64,000 bases of DNA from Candidatus Azotimanducaceae bacterium (GTDB lineage Bacteria > Pseudomonadota > Gammaproteobacteria > Pseudomonadales > Azotimanducaceae), in NCBI GenBank assembly GCA_965199915.1, contig OZ241348.1, positions 4,622,414 through 4,686,413 of the forward strand, given 5' to 3'. The position numbers were made by a program, and so were the translations under genes. The notes beneath the pieces were generated by a model that saw only the letters and a list, made by a program, of their open reading frames with translations, was not told the DNA's origin and made no database searches. Of this stretch, positions 19,938 through 28,745 are shown piece by piece. Within the stretch, counting starts at the first letter, position 1; each line of letters opens with the position of its first letter.

Positions 19938-21242
19938 ATGCAGGCCGTGGTGAAGCGCCTAGAGAGCATTCTACCGTCAGATCGGCCCAGCGAAGAGTCT
20001 GATATACGGCAGTTGGCCATGACAGCCACCTCAGACGTTTACATATTTCTGACGCGAGACGAGGGCATTCTAAATAGAGCTGCACAGATCAAGTGCGTGG
20101 CGTCCGTGGATGTCATGCATCCAGATGAGCTGATCGTTCGCCTAGATCAGTTCACCGACAGCGACGCCTACCAGCCCGTAGCGGTGTCTGGATCGAACCT
20201 TGGTTGGCGACGGGTGGTAGCCAATGAAGTGGCGAAGTTTCGTAGCGGGGACGACCTCTTGGGGACGCACGAGAAGAAGTGGCGTTACAAGAGGCAGTTG
20301 GACAAAGCGCTGAGCCACCCGAAGATTTGGCGAACCGAGGCGCTTTGGTCCGAAGACAGGTTGCTAGCCTTGCGTAGCCTGCGGTGCGATGGCGGTCGTC
20401 TGGTGGCGGGCCTTTGTCGGGCCTCGCGGGGCAGAGCCCAAGAGATGTTCACTGAGTACGCCGCCGCAACCCTCATACATGAGGCAGTCAGCCGTGGCTG
20501 CCTTGCTGTGGAAATAGAGCCGCACGGTGCAGTGCCAGAAGCGAGAATGCAGTTGACGCGCCTAGGGTTCGCGGACGACGGTGGCAGGCTTGTGCGGATG
20601 TGCCCTGCGGCTGTCATGTCGGCAGTAGACCTTCGAGAGGCCGCTGCTGCTGTGGCCGACAGCACGAGCTTGGAGGAACTGGAGAGACTATGCTCGCCTG
20701 TTGCCTTGCGAGATGGCCACACGGAATGTCTATTGGTGCCCATCAAGCCAGGCTACGCTAGGGCGCTGTTCAACACGAGACGGGCCGCGGGCGACCTTTT
20801 TGGTGCCGACGAGAAGGTGCTCCTTCGATGGGAGAACGTCTACTTTCGGAAGAAAAACCAACACCGCATGATCCAAGCACCGGCGCGGATATTGTGGTAC
20901 GAGAGTAACAGCCAAGGAGTCGTAGCCGTCTCCCACCTTGACGATGTGGAAATCGGGCAGCCAAAGGACGTGTTCTACAACAACAGGTCGTTGGGAACGC
21001 TCAGCTGGCAGGAAATCCAAGAAATGTGCGGTGGCGGTCGAGTTCAGGGTGTTCAAGACATAATGGCGCTTCGGTTTTCGCACACCCATCTGTTTCGATC
21101 TTCGGTGAGTTTCGCGGCCCTCAAAGATGTCTACGGCAGCCACAATTTGAAGAACCCCGTGGTTCAATCGCCATCACGGGTGCCGCGAGCGGTGTTTTTA
21201 GACATCTTTCGTCTGGGGTTTCCGGCGCAGGCATCGGCATGA
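19938..21242 (+). CDS. multidomain protein with C-terminal ASCH/PUA-like domain (N-terminal and central regions of uncertain family)
   Basis: Track ORF opens at 19788 (TTG). The first ATG, at 19938, lies just after the GNAT ORF stop. The C-terminal region LLVPIKPGYARALFN ... ARILWYES ... GVVAVSHLDDVEIGQPKDVF ... ALRFSHTHLF parallels the ASCH pattern of the next gene. The N-terminal DIRQLAMTATSDVYIFLTRDEGIL resembles the last strand-helix of PIN-like folds. Confidence 0.45.
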   Translation: MQAVVKRLESILPSDRPSEESDIRQLAMTATSDVYIFLTRDEGILNRAAQIKCVASVDVMHPDELIVRLDQFTDSDAYQPVAVSGSNLGWRRVVANEVAKFRSGDDLLGTHEKKWRYKRQLDKALSHPKIWRTEALWSEDRLLALRSLRCDGGRLVAGLCRASRGRAQEMFTEYAAATLIHEAVSRGCLAVEIEPHGAVPEARMQLTRLGFADDGGRLVRMCPAAVMSAVDLREAAAAVADSTSLEELERLCSPVALRDGHTECLLVPIKPGYARALFNTRRAAGDLFGADEKVLLRWENVYFRKKNQHRMIQAPARILWYESNSQGVVAVSHLDDVEIGQPKDVFYNNRSLGTLSWQEIQEMCGGGRVQGVQDIMALRFSHTHLFRSSVSFAALKDVYGSHNLKNPVVQSPSRVPRAVFLDIFRLGFPAQASA

Positions 21243-21712
21243 AGCCGCTGCTTCTGTCGCTCAAGCCTGTGTATGCGGATTTGGTATTCAGTGGCTTGAA
21301 GACTGCTGAGTTGCGGCGATGGATGCCGCGGGAAGTAAAGGGCCGGGACGTTTTCATCTATGTCTCCAGCCCGGAGAGAGTGCTTAGAGGGGGGTTCAGA
21401 GTGGCCGATGTCTGGCAGGGTGCGCCAAAAGACGTCTGGCATCGAGTAAAGGACTTGGCGAAGGTTGACGCGAGCACCTACAACGCCTATTACCAAGGGC
21501 GATCGACGGCCTTCGCCCTAAGCATCGCGGATGCGTGGGAATATAAGCATCCGCTTGCCTTGGAAGAATTGCGGCGCAAGTTCGGGAACTTTGTTGTACC
21601 CCAATCGTGGCGATATCTGACGCCTTGTGAGCGTCGGTCTTTCGGCAAGATGAAGCGCGTGCCAATAGACACAGCGGAGAGCGCGGAATGCTCGAAGCGA
21701 GCTGCGGCATGA
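21239..21712 (+). CDS. ASCH domain protein (PUA-like fold, COG4933-type)
   Basis: MKPLLLSLKPVYADLVFSGLKTAELRR ... DVFIYVSSPERVLRGGFRVADVWQGAPKDVW ... FVVPQSWRYL matches the recurrent ASCH pattern. ATGA overlap with the upstream gene. Confidence 0.65.
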   Translation: MKPLLLSLKPVYADLVFSGLKTAELRRWMPREVKGRDVFIYVSSPERVLRGGFRVADVWQGAPKDVWHRVKDLAKVDASTYNAYYQGRSTAFALSIADAWEYKHPLALEELRRKFGNFVVPQSWRYLTPCERRSFGKMKRVPIDTAESAECSKRAAA

Positions 21713-21736
21713 TCGGTTGGCACATGCGAGTCGCCC

Positions 21737-23737
21737 ATGCCTCACGAGCGTAGCTGGCAAGACTCCGTTCTCGACGAGTTCACGCCCGGCCTCTCGCCCA
21801 TCACCATCGTCTCCGATCCTGACGGGCTCTTGTGCAACGAGGGTCTCCTAGCCGCTTTGCGCGAACGGCGCTTCGCCCTGCTTCCGTTCGAAGACCCCGT
21901 CGCCTTTCGCTACGCCTACGAGTCGCGCTACCGCCCGCTGTTGCGGAGTGCGGACGCGGCAGGCCTCGTGGTTTGCGTAGCTGGCCCTCCCGCTGCGCTG
22001 GACGATCTCCCCTACGACATCCTCGCGAGGGCCCGTCGCGTGTCGCTCAGTTTGGCGGCGCTGTTCCCTCGGCTGGATCAGGCGGTGTTGCGCACGTTGG
22101 CCCCGCACGATTGGGAGGCGCTCCACCTCGCTAAGGCCCGCTTCACCCCAACCGCAGCCCTCGGCGAATCCGCGACCAAGGATTTCGTCTTGCGACACGT
22201 CTTCGGCATCCAGCCGGAGCTGTTGTCTTCGGCGGCGGCGTTGCTGGCGGCCCTCTTGCGTCGTCACTATCCCGCTCGGCGCATACCAACGACTCTGAAC
22301 GAGCGCATCGTTCAAGTCCTCCGTGCGCGGTTCCAAGATTGGCCGCTCGAACGCATCGTGCCGGATCGGGCGGCGTTCCTCGGCTTCCTGCAAGAGCGCT
22401 GGCCGATCTTCTTGAACGCCCAGGCCGATGGGGCTGGCACAGTAAGAGAAGGCGAGGGCCTCGCCTACCTTGGACCCGCGCTATTGCCTTTCGAGCACGC
22501 GGACGTGCGCGTCTACATGGACAACCTGTTCGCGGAGGGATTGCTTTGTCCCGTGGTCCACTGGCGTGCGAACGCGCTCGGCAAGACGTGGCTTGGCGTC
22601 GGTGTGCGTTCGGAGCCGCAAGCGGATCGCAATCGGCAGCTGGATCGGCTGCTCGCCATCGCACTGAAAGCCCTGCCGGAGCCAAACGCGCACCACGAGC
22701 GTTGGGCCCACTTCGCCAGCGTCTGGGCGAACGTGTTGGCGCTAACGCACGAGACCGGCCATCGGCCAAACGCAAGCCACCAGCACCAAGTGGACGCTCT
22801 GCGAACGCGCATGGACGCGGCGTTCGCCGATTGGCTTGGCGGCCGCTACAGCGGGCTTGCCAATCTGCCGCCCACACCGCCGGTGATGCTGCACCACATT
22901 CCCCGCTTTCTGGCACGGGAGATCGGCGATGCCGCGAAGGATGCGCCCAAGAAAGCCGCATTGATCGTGGTGGACGGGTTGGCACTCGATCAATGGGCCG
23001 TCATGCGGCGGGAACTCGGCGAGCAGCGTCCCGGCTGGCGGTTCCGCGAGCAGGCCGTGTTCGCATGGGTTCCCACCGTCACATCGGTCTCGCGCCAAGC
23101 CATCTTCGCCGGAACCCCGCCGTTTCTGTTCCCGAGGAGCATCCACCACACCAACAAGGAGGAAGCGCTGTGGCGGCGCTTCTGGGGCGACGAGAACATA
23201 GACCAAGTTGGGTATTTGAAGGGCTTGGGCGACCGGCCCTTTGACGACGTTGCCGCACTCATCGATCCGCCCCACATGCGCGTCGTCGGCTTGGTGGTGG
23301 ACAAAGTGGATCGCATCATGCACGGCATGGAGCTCGGCACCGCCGGCATGCACAACCAAGTGCGCCAGTGGGCAGCGCTCGGCCACTTCGCAGCGCTTCT
23401 GGATCTGCTGTTCGCAAACGGATTCCGCGTCTACCTCACCGCCGATCACGGCAACATCGAAGCCACCGGCTGCGGCCGGCCGAACGAAGGCGCAGTGGCG
23501 GATCTTCGGGGCGAACGTGTGCGTGTCTACTCCGACGAAGGCTTGCGCGGGCCGGTTGCCGAGCGCTTTCCCGAAGCGTGGCAATGGCCCGCGGATGGCC
23601 TGCCGGTGGATTATCTGCCGTTGCTGGCGCCCGGCCGTTTCGCCTTCGTGGGCGAAGGCGAGCGCGTGGTGGCGCACGGCGGCGTCTGCCTCGAGGAGCT
23701 CGTCGTGCCGTTCGTGGAAGTGGCGGTCGGGCGCTGA
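21737..23737 (+). CDS. pglZ: BREX alkaline-phosphatase-family protein PglZ
   Basis: 666 aa. LIVVDGLALDQWAVM and YLTADHGNIEA are PglZ-domain motifs. Confidence 0.85.
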   Translation: MPHERSWQDSVLDEFTPGLSPITIVSDPDGLLCNEGLLAALRERRFALLPFEDPVAFRYAYESRYRPLLRSADAAGLVVCVAGPPAALDDLPYDILARARRVSLSLAALFPRLDQAVLRTLAPHDWEALHLAKARFTPTAALGESATKDFVLRHVFGIQPELLSSAAALLAALLRRHYPARRIPTTLNERIVQVLRARFQDWPLERIVPDRAAFLGFLQERWPIFLNAQADGAGTVREGEGLAYLGPALLPFEHADVRVYMDNLFAEGLLCPVVHWRANALGKTWLGVGVRSEPQADRNRQLDRLLAIALKALPEPNAHHERWAHFASVWANVLALTHETGHRPNASHQHQVDALRTRMDAAFADWLGGRYSGLANLPPTPPVMLHHIPRFLAREIGDAAKDAPKKAALIVVDGLALDQWAVMRRELGEQRPGWRFREQAVFAWVPTVTSVSRQAIFAGTPPFLFPRSIHHTNKEEALWRRFWGDENIDQVGYLKGLGDRPFDDVAALIDPPHMRVVGLVVDKVDRIMHGMELGTAGMHNQVRQWAALGHFAALLDLLFANGFRVYLTADHGNIEATGCGRPNEGAVADLRGERVRVYSDEGLRGPVAERFPEAWQWPADGLPVDYLPLLAPGRFAFVGEGERVVAHGGVCLEELVVPFVEVAVGR

Positions 23738-23742
23738 AGACC

Positions 23743-24480
23743 ATGGGCAACCAAGTGGGCATCAGCCAGCGCATTCGCTTGGAGTGGCTGGAAGCAACCG
23801 CCAACCTCGTCTTGGCGGGCCAAGACAAAGAGGCCATTCAACGCGCCTTGAACGAGATGCTGGTGGACAAGCTCTCGGTGAACAGCCGCGCTGTGCGGGG
23901 CAGCCGCCACAAGACCGTCACCATCCTTGCGAAGATCTGGCGCAGTGTGCCGCCGGAACTGAAGGCGCTGCGCGACGACGGCTTGGAACGCCTGCCCGCG
24001 CTGGATTCCGTCCATCGCCAAGCCATCCACTGGGGCATGACCATCGCCGCCTATCCGTTCTGGGGCGTCGTGGCGGCGCAGACCGGACGCTTGCTGCGCT
24101 TGCAGAGCACCGCCAGCGCCGCCCAGGTTCAGCGCCGAGTGCGGGAACGGCACGGCGAGCGGCAAACCGTGTCGCGCGCCACCGCCCGCGTGCTGCGGTC
24201 GTTCGTTGATTGGGGCGTTCTTGAGGACACGAAAGCCAAGGGCGTGTACGTCGCGGGCAAACGGGGAGAGATCACGGACCCGCACGTTGCCGCGTGGTTG
24301 GCCGAGGCGTTGCTGCGCTCGAACGTCGGCGGCGGCAAGCCGAGCGCTGTGCTGCGCCACCCGAGCTTGTTTCCCTTTCAACTGCCGCGCGTTGGCGCCG
24401 GCCAGCTAGCGGCCCGGTCGAGCCGGTTGGAAGCGGTGCGCCAGGGGCTGGACGGAGAAGCGTTGCTGCTCCGCAACTGA
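23743..24480 (+). CDS. brxA: BrxA-like (DUF1819-like) terminal BREX protein
   Basis: 245 aa from ATG 23743, 6 nt after the pglZ stop. The helical protein is in the position of brxA in type 3 BREX. Assignment is by position and general pattern only. Confidence 0.45.
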   Translation: MGNQVGISQRIRLEWLEATANLVLAGQDKEAIQRALNEMLVDKLSVNSRAVRGSRHKTVTILAKIWRSVPPELKALRDDGLERLPALDSVHRQAIHWGMTIAAYPFWGVVAAQTGRLLRLQSTASAAQVQRRVRERHGERQTVSRATARVLRSFVDWGVLEDTKAKGVYVAGKRGEITDPHVAAWLAEALLRSNVGGGKPSAVLRHPSLFPFQLPRVGAGQLAARSSRLEAVRQGLDGEALLLRN

Positions 24481-24533
24481 CGCATCGCTTGTAGAATACG
24501 GCCCGTTACGCCACGGGACGGCAGCGCACGCCA

Positions 24534-25442
24534 ATGTCCGCTCGCGCGCTCACGCATCTTGAGCAGTTGGAAGCCGAGAGCATTCACATCATCCGCGAGG
24601 TGGCGGCGGAGTTCGAGCGTCCGGTGCTGCTTTATTCCATCGGCAAGGACTCCTCCGTGCTGCTGCACTTGGCGCGCAAGGCGTTTTTCCCCGGCCCGCT
24701 GCCCTTCCCCCTGTTGCACGTGGACACCACTTGGAAGTTCCGCGACATGATCGCCTTTCGCGACCGCATCGCGCGCGAGTTCGCCTTGAACCTCATCGTC
24801 CACACGAACGAGGAGGGCCGCGCCGCCGGCGTGAGCCCGTTCACCCATGGCAGCCGCCGCTACACGGACATCATGAAAACCGAAGCGCTCAAAACGGCGT
24901 TGGAAAAGCACCGCTTCGACGCCTGCTTCGGCGGCGCGCGCCGGGACGAAGAGGCGTCGCGCGCCAAGGAGCGCGTGTTCTCCGTGCGCGACCGTAACCA
25001 CCGCTGGGATCCGAAAAACCAACGCCCGGAGCTGTGGAGCCTGTACAACGGCCGCATCAATCCGGGCGAGGAAGTGCGCGTGTTTCCGCTCTCCAACTGG
25101 ACCGAGCTGGACGTGTGGCAATACGTGCACCTGCAGAACATCGACATCGTGCCGCTGTACTTCGCCGCCATGCGCCCGGTGGTGGAACGCGACGGCATGC
25201 TCATCATGGTGGACGACGAGCGCATGGAATTGGCCGCCGGCGAGACGCCGCGGATGCGTTCTGTGCGCTTCCGCACGCTCGGCTGCTACCCCCTCTCCGG
25301 CGCCATCGAGTCACGCGCCGCCACCGTGCCGGAGATCATCTTGGAGATGCTGGCCGCCAAACACTCCGAGCGCCAAGGCCGCCTGATCGACCACGACGCG
25401 AGCGGCTCCATGGAACGCAAGAAACGCGAGGGCTATTTCTGA
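24534..25442 (+). CDS. cysD: sulfate adenylyltransferase subunit 2
   Basis: [36 protein letters not shown] ... PAPS-reductase fold motifs, 302 aa. Confidence 0.96.
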   Translation: MSARALTHLEQLEAESIHIIREVAAEFERPVLLYSIGKDSSVLLHLARKAFFPGPLPFPLLHVDTTWKFRDMIAFRDRIAREFALNLIVHTNEEGRAAGVSPFTHGSRRYTDIMKTEALKTALEKHRFDACFGGARRDEEASRAKERVFSVRDRNHRWDPKNQRPELWSLYNGRINPGEEVRVFPLSNWTELDVWQYVHLQNIDIVPLYFAAMRPVVERDGMLIMVDDERMELAAGETPRMRSVRFRTLGCYPLSGAIESRAATVPEIILEMLAAKHSERQGRLIDHDASGSMERKKREGYF

Positions 25443-27376
25443 TGGCCGCGGCGCCGGCGACAGCGGAACAACCGGACATCCACGCCTACTTGGCGCGGCA
25501 CCAGCGCAAGGAGATTCTGAAGTTCCTCACCTGCGGCAGCGTGGACGACGGCAAGAGCACCTTGATCGGCCGCTTGCTGCACGACACGCAGATGATCTAC
25601 GAGGATCAGCTCGCCGCCCTGCGCCGCGACAGCAAAACCGCCGGCACGCAACGCGACGGCATCGACTTGGCGCTGTTGGTGGACGGCCTGCAGGCCGAGC
25701 GCGAGCAGGGCATCACCATCGACGTGGCGTACCGCTACTTTTCCACGGGCAAGCGCAAATTCGTCATCGCCGACACGCCGGGGCACGAACAGTACACGCG
25801 CAACATGGCCACCGGCGCCTCCAACTGCCACTTGGCCGTGATCCTCATCGACGCCGGCAAGGGCGTGGTCGCGCAAACCCGCCGGCACACGTTCATCGCC
25901 CATCTGCTCGGCATCCGCCATCTGGTGGTGGCGGTGAACAAGATGGACGCGGTGGGGTTTGCCGAATCCGCGTTCGACGCCATTCGCGCGGACTACCACG
26001 CCTTCGCCGCGCGCCTCGCCGCGCAGGACCTGCACTTCGTACCGGTCTCCGCCCTCAAAGGCGACAACGTGGTGGCGCAATCCGCCAACATGCCGTGGTA
26101 TCAAGGCGCGACGTTGCTGCACCTGCTGGAGAACATCCCCGTGGACGCGGACCGGAACGTGGAGCACTTCCGCTTGCCGGTGCAGCATGTGAACCGGCCG
26201 GACGCGAGCTTCCGCGGCTACAGCGGCTCCGTGGTCGGCGGCGTGGTGCGCCCCGGCGACGAAGTGCGCGTGCTGCCTTCCGGCAAGACCACCACCGTGG
26301 AGCGCGTTGTCACCGCCGACGGCGACTTGGACGAAGCCACCGCGCCGCAGGCGGTGACGCTCACCTTGGCGGACGCGCTGGACGTGAGCCGCGGCGACGT
26401 GCTGGCCGCGCCGAGCGCGCCGCCGCACATCGCCGACCGCTTGGACGCCATGCTGGTTTGGATGAGCGAAGACGCCCTTGCCCCCGGCCGCCGCTATCTG
26501 CTGAAGCAAGGCACGCGGCAAGTGGTGGGGCACGTCGCCTCCATCCGCCACCGCGTGAACGTGAACACCTTGGCGCGCGAGGCAGCGGACACCTTGCGGT
26601 TGAACGAAGTGGCGCGGGTGGAGCTTTCGCTCACCGAACCCATCGTGTTCGACCCCTACGCGGTGAACCGCGCCCTCGGCGGCTTCATTCTCATCGACCG
26701 CGCCCACAACGGCACGGTGGGCGCGGGCATGGCGCTGGCGCCGGTGGGTGCCGCCGGGGCCGCTTGGGACGAAGCGCCGCACGGCGAACTGCGCCCCACC
26801 ACCAGCCCGGTGGCGGCGAAGGAACGCGCCGCGCGGCTTGGCCAACAGCCGGCCACCGTGCTGCTAACCGGCCTCGTTCGATCCGGCAAGACGACCATCG
26901 CGCACGCTGTGGAGCGCAAACTGTTCGACGCCGGCTGCTTGGCGATGGTGCTGGACGGCCAGAGTTTCCGCCTGGGCATGAGCCGCGACCTCGGCTTTTC
27001 GGCCGGCGAGCGTTCGGAGAACATCCGCCGCGCCGCCGAGACGGCGCGGTTGATGAACGAGGCGGGGCTGATTTGCGTCACCGCCTTCATCGCCCCGGAA
27101 GCGGCCGTGCGCGACCGCGCCCGGCGCACGATTGGCGCGGAGCGTTTCTTGGAAGTGTTCCTCACCGCGCCGCTCGACGTGTTGCGGGCGCGCGACGACG
27201 CGGGCATCTACGCCGCCGCCGACCAGGGCGGCGCGCACTTGCCCGGCGTGAGCACGGCGTTCGAGCCGCCGTCCGCGCCGGACCTGGTGTTGGAAACCGA
27301 CGCGCTCGACATCAACGCCTGCGCGGACCGCATCTTGGCGCTGTTGCGCGCCAAGGGTTTCCTCAACCAGCCTTGA
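25442..27376 (+). CDS. cysNC: bifunctional sulfate adenylyltransferase subunit 1 / adenylylsulfate kinase
   Basis: ATG 25442 overlaps the cysD stop. GTPase motifs [16 protein letters not shown] and DTPGHEQY. C-terminal APS kinase P-loop [13 protein letters not shown]. Confidence 0.95.
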   Translation: MAAAPATAEQPDIHAYLARHQRKEILKFLTCGSVDDGKSTLIGRLLHDTQMIYEDQLAALRRDSKTAGTQRDGIDLALLVDGLQAEREQGITIDVAYRYFSTGKRKFVIADTPGHEQYTRNMATGASNCHLAVILIDAGKGVVAQTRRHTFIAHLLGIRHLVVAVNKMDAVGFAESAFDAIRADYHAFAARLAAQDLHFVPVSALKGDNVVAQSANMPWYQGATLLHLLENIPVDADRNVEHFRLPVQHVNRPDASFRGYSGSVVGGVVRPGDEVRVLPSGKTTTVERVVTADGDLDEATAPQAVTLTLADALDVSRGDVLAAPSAPPHIADRLDAMLVWMSEDALAPGRRYLLKQGTRQVVGHVASIRHRVNVNTLAREAADTLRLNEVARVELSLTEPIVFDPYAVNRALGGFILIDRAHNGTVGAGMALAPVGAAGAAWDEAPHGELRPTTSPVAAKERAARLGQQPATVLLTGLVRSGKTTIAHAVERKLFDAGCLAMVLDGQSFRLGMSRDLGFSAGERSENIRRAAETARLMNEAGLICVTAFIAPEAAVRDRARRTIGAERFLEVFLTAPLDVLRARDDAGIYAAADQGGAHLPGVSTAFEPPSAPDLVLETDALDINACADRILALLRAKGFLNQP

Positions 27377-27419
27377 CGGGCGAGCGGCCGGGCGCCGGCA
27401 CCAGAGCGGAGGTGGGAGA

Positions 27420-28439
27420 GTGAGCATTGCGGCGGACGTGGTGATCGTGGGCGCGGGGCCGTGCGGCCTGTTCCAAGTGTTCGAGCTCGGCTTGCTCGGC
27501 ATCAAAGCGCATGTGGTGGACGCGCTTGCCGTACCCGGCGGCCAGTGCGCCGAACTCTATCCGGACAAGCCCATCTACGACATTCCCGCCATTCCCGTGT
27601 GCGACGCGCAGGACTTGGTGGCGCGCCTGCTCGAACAGATCAAGCCGTTCAACGCCGCGTTCCACCTCTCCAGCCAAGTGACCGAAGTGCGGCGCACGGA
27701 CGACAAGACGTTTCACCTCGCCACCAGCCGCGGCGAGCAGTTCGCCGCGCGCGCCATCGTCATCGCCGGCGGCGTGGGCTCGTTCCAGCCCATGCCGCTG
27801 CGCGTTGCCGGCGTGGAGCGCTTCGTGGACCGGCAGGTGTTCTACCGCGTGCGCGACGGCGCCGAGCACGCCGGAAAGCACTTGCTGGTGCTCGGCGGCG
27901 GCGACTCCGCCTTGGACTGGACGGTGGAGTTGGCCCCCAAAGCGCAATCGCTCACCTTGGTTCACCGCAGCGACACGTTCCGCGCCGCGCCGGCCACCGT
28001 CGCCCGCATGCGCGAACTAGAGGCCGCCGGCAAAGTGCGCTTTCTGGTCGGCAACTGCGTGGCTTTCGCGGCCGAAGGCGACACCTTGCGCGAACTGCAC
28101 ATCCGCCACCCGGACCAATCCATGACGCCGCTGGCGATAGACCACGCGCTGGTGTTCTTCGGCCTGTCGCCCAAACTCGGCCCCATCGCGGACTGGGGCC
28201 TCGGCCTTGAGAAGAACCAGATCACCACGGACACCGAGCGCTTCGAAACGAACATCCCCAGCATCCACGCCGTAGGCGACATCGCCACCTACCCGGGGAA
28301 AAAGAAACTGATCCTCTCCGGCTTCCACGAAGCGGCGCTGGCCGCCTTCGCCATCAAGGCGCGGCTGAACCCGGAGGAGAAAGTGTATTTGCAGTACACG
28401 ACCACCAGCCCGGTGATGCACCAGCGGCTGGGGGTTTGA
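27420..28439 (+). CDS. ferredoxin-NADP+ reductase, thioredoxin-reductase-like type
   Basis: VVIVGAGPCGLFQVFELG ... GGQCAELYPDKPIYDIP ... LVLGGGDSALDW. 339 aa. Confidence 0.9.
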   Translation: MSIAADVVIVGAGPCGLFQVFELGLLGIKAHVVDALAVPGGQCAELYPDKPIYDIPAIPVCDAQDLVARLLEQIKPFNAAFHLSSQVTEVRRTDDKTFHLATSRGEQFAARAIVIAGGVGSFQPMPLRVAGVERFVDRQVFYRVRDGAEHAGKHLLVLGGGDSALDWTVELAPKAQSLTLVHRSDTFRAAPATVARMRELEAAGKVRFLVGNCVAFAAEGDTLRELHIRHPDQSMTPLAIDHALVFFGLSPKLGPIADWGLGLEKNQITTDTERFETNIPSIHAVGDIATYPGKKKLILSGFHEAALAAFAIKARLNPEEKVYLQYTTTSPVMHQRLGV

Positions 28440-28745
28440 GAACTCAAGGTCTGAGCACTAGACGGCGGTGCCAGTCAAGGAACTCAGGAGCCGGCCGTTC
28501 TTCCATCGTCTCGGGAACGACCGGCAGCGCTGCCCCGTTGAAGCGGCCCAGCGCGTCGTGGTGACCGCGCCCCTCTGCCTGTTCGGAAATGCGGATCACC
28601 AAATTGTCATCCAATGCGAAAGCTCCGCGGTCGAACAAGCGGTGATGCAACGCGCACAAGGCGATTCCATTGCGCACTACCGAGGGCCCGGCATGGCTGT
28701 GCCAATGAATGTGTGCGGCTTCCACGGCCAGAACGGTTCCCTCCA

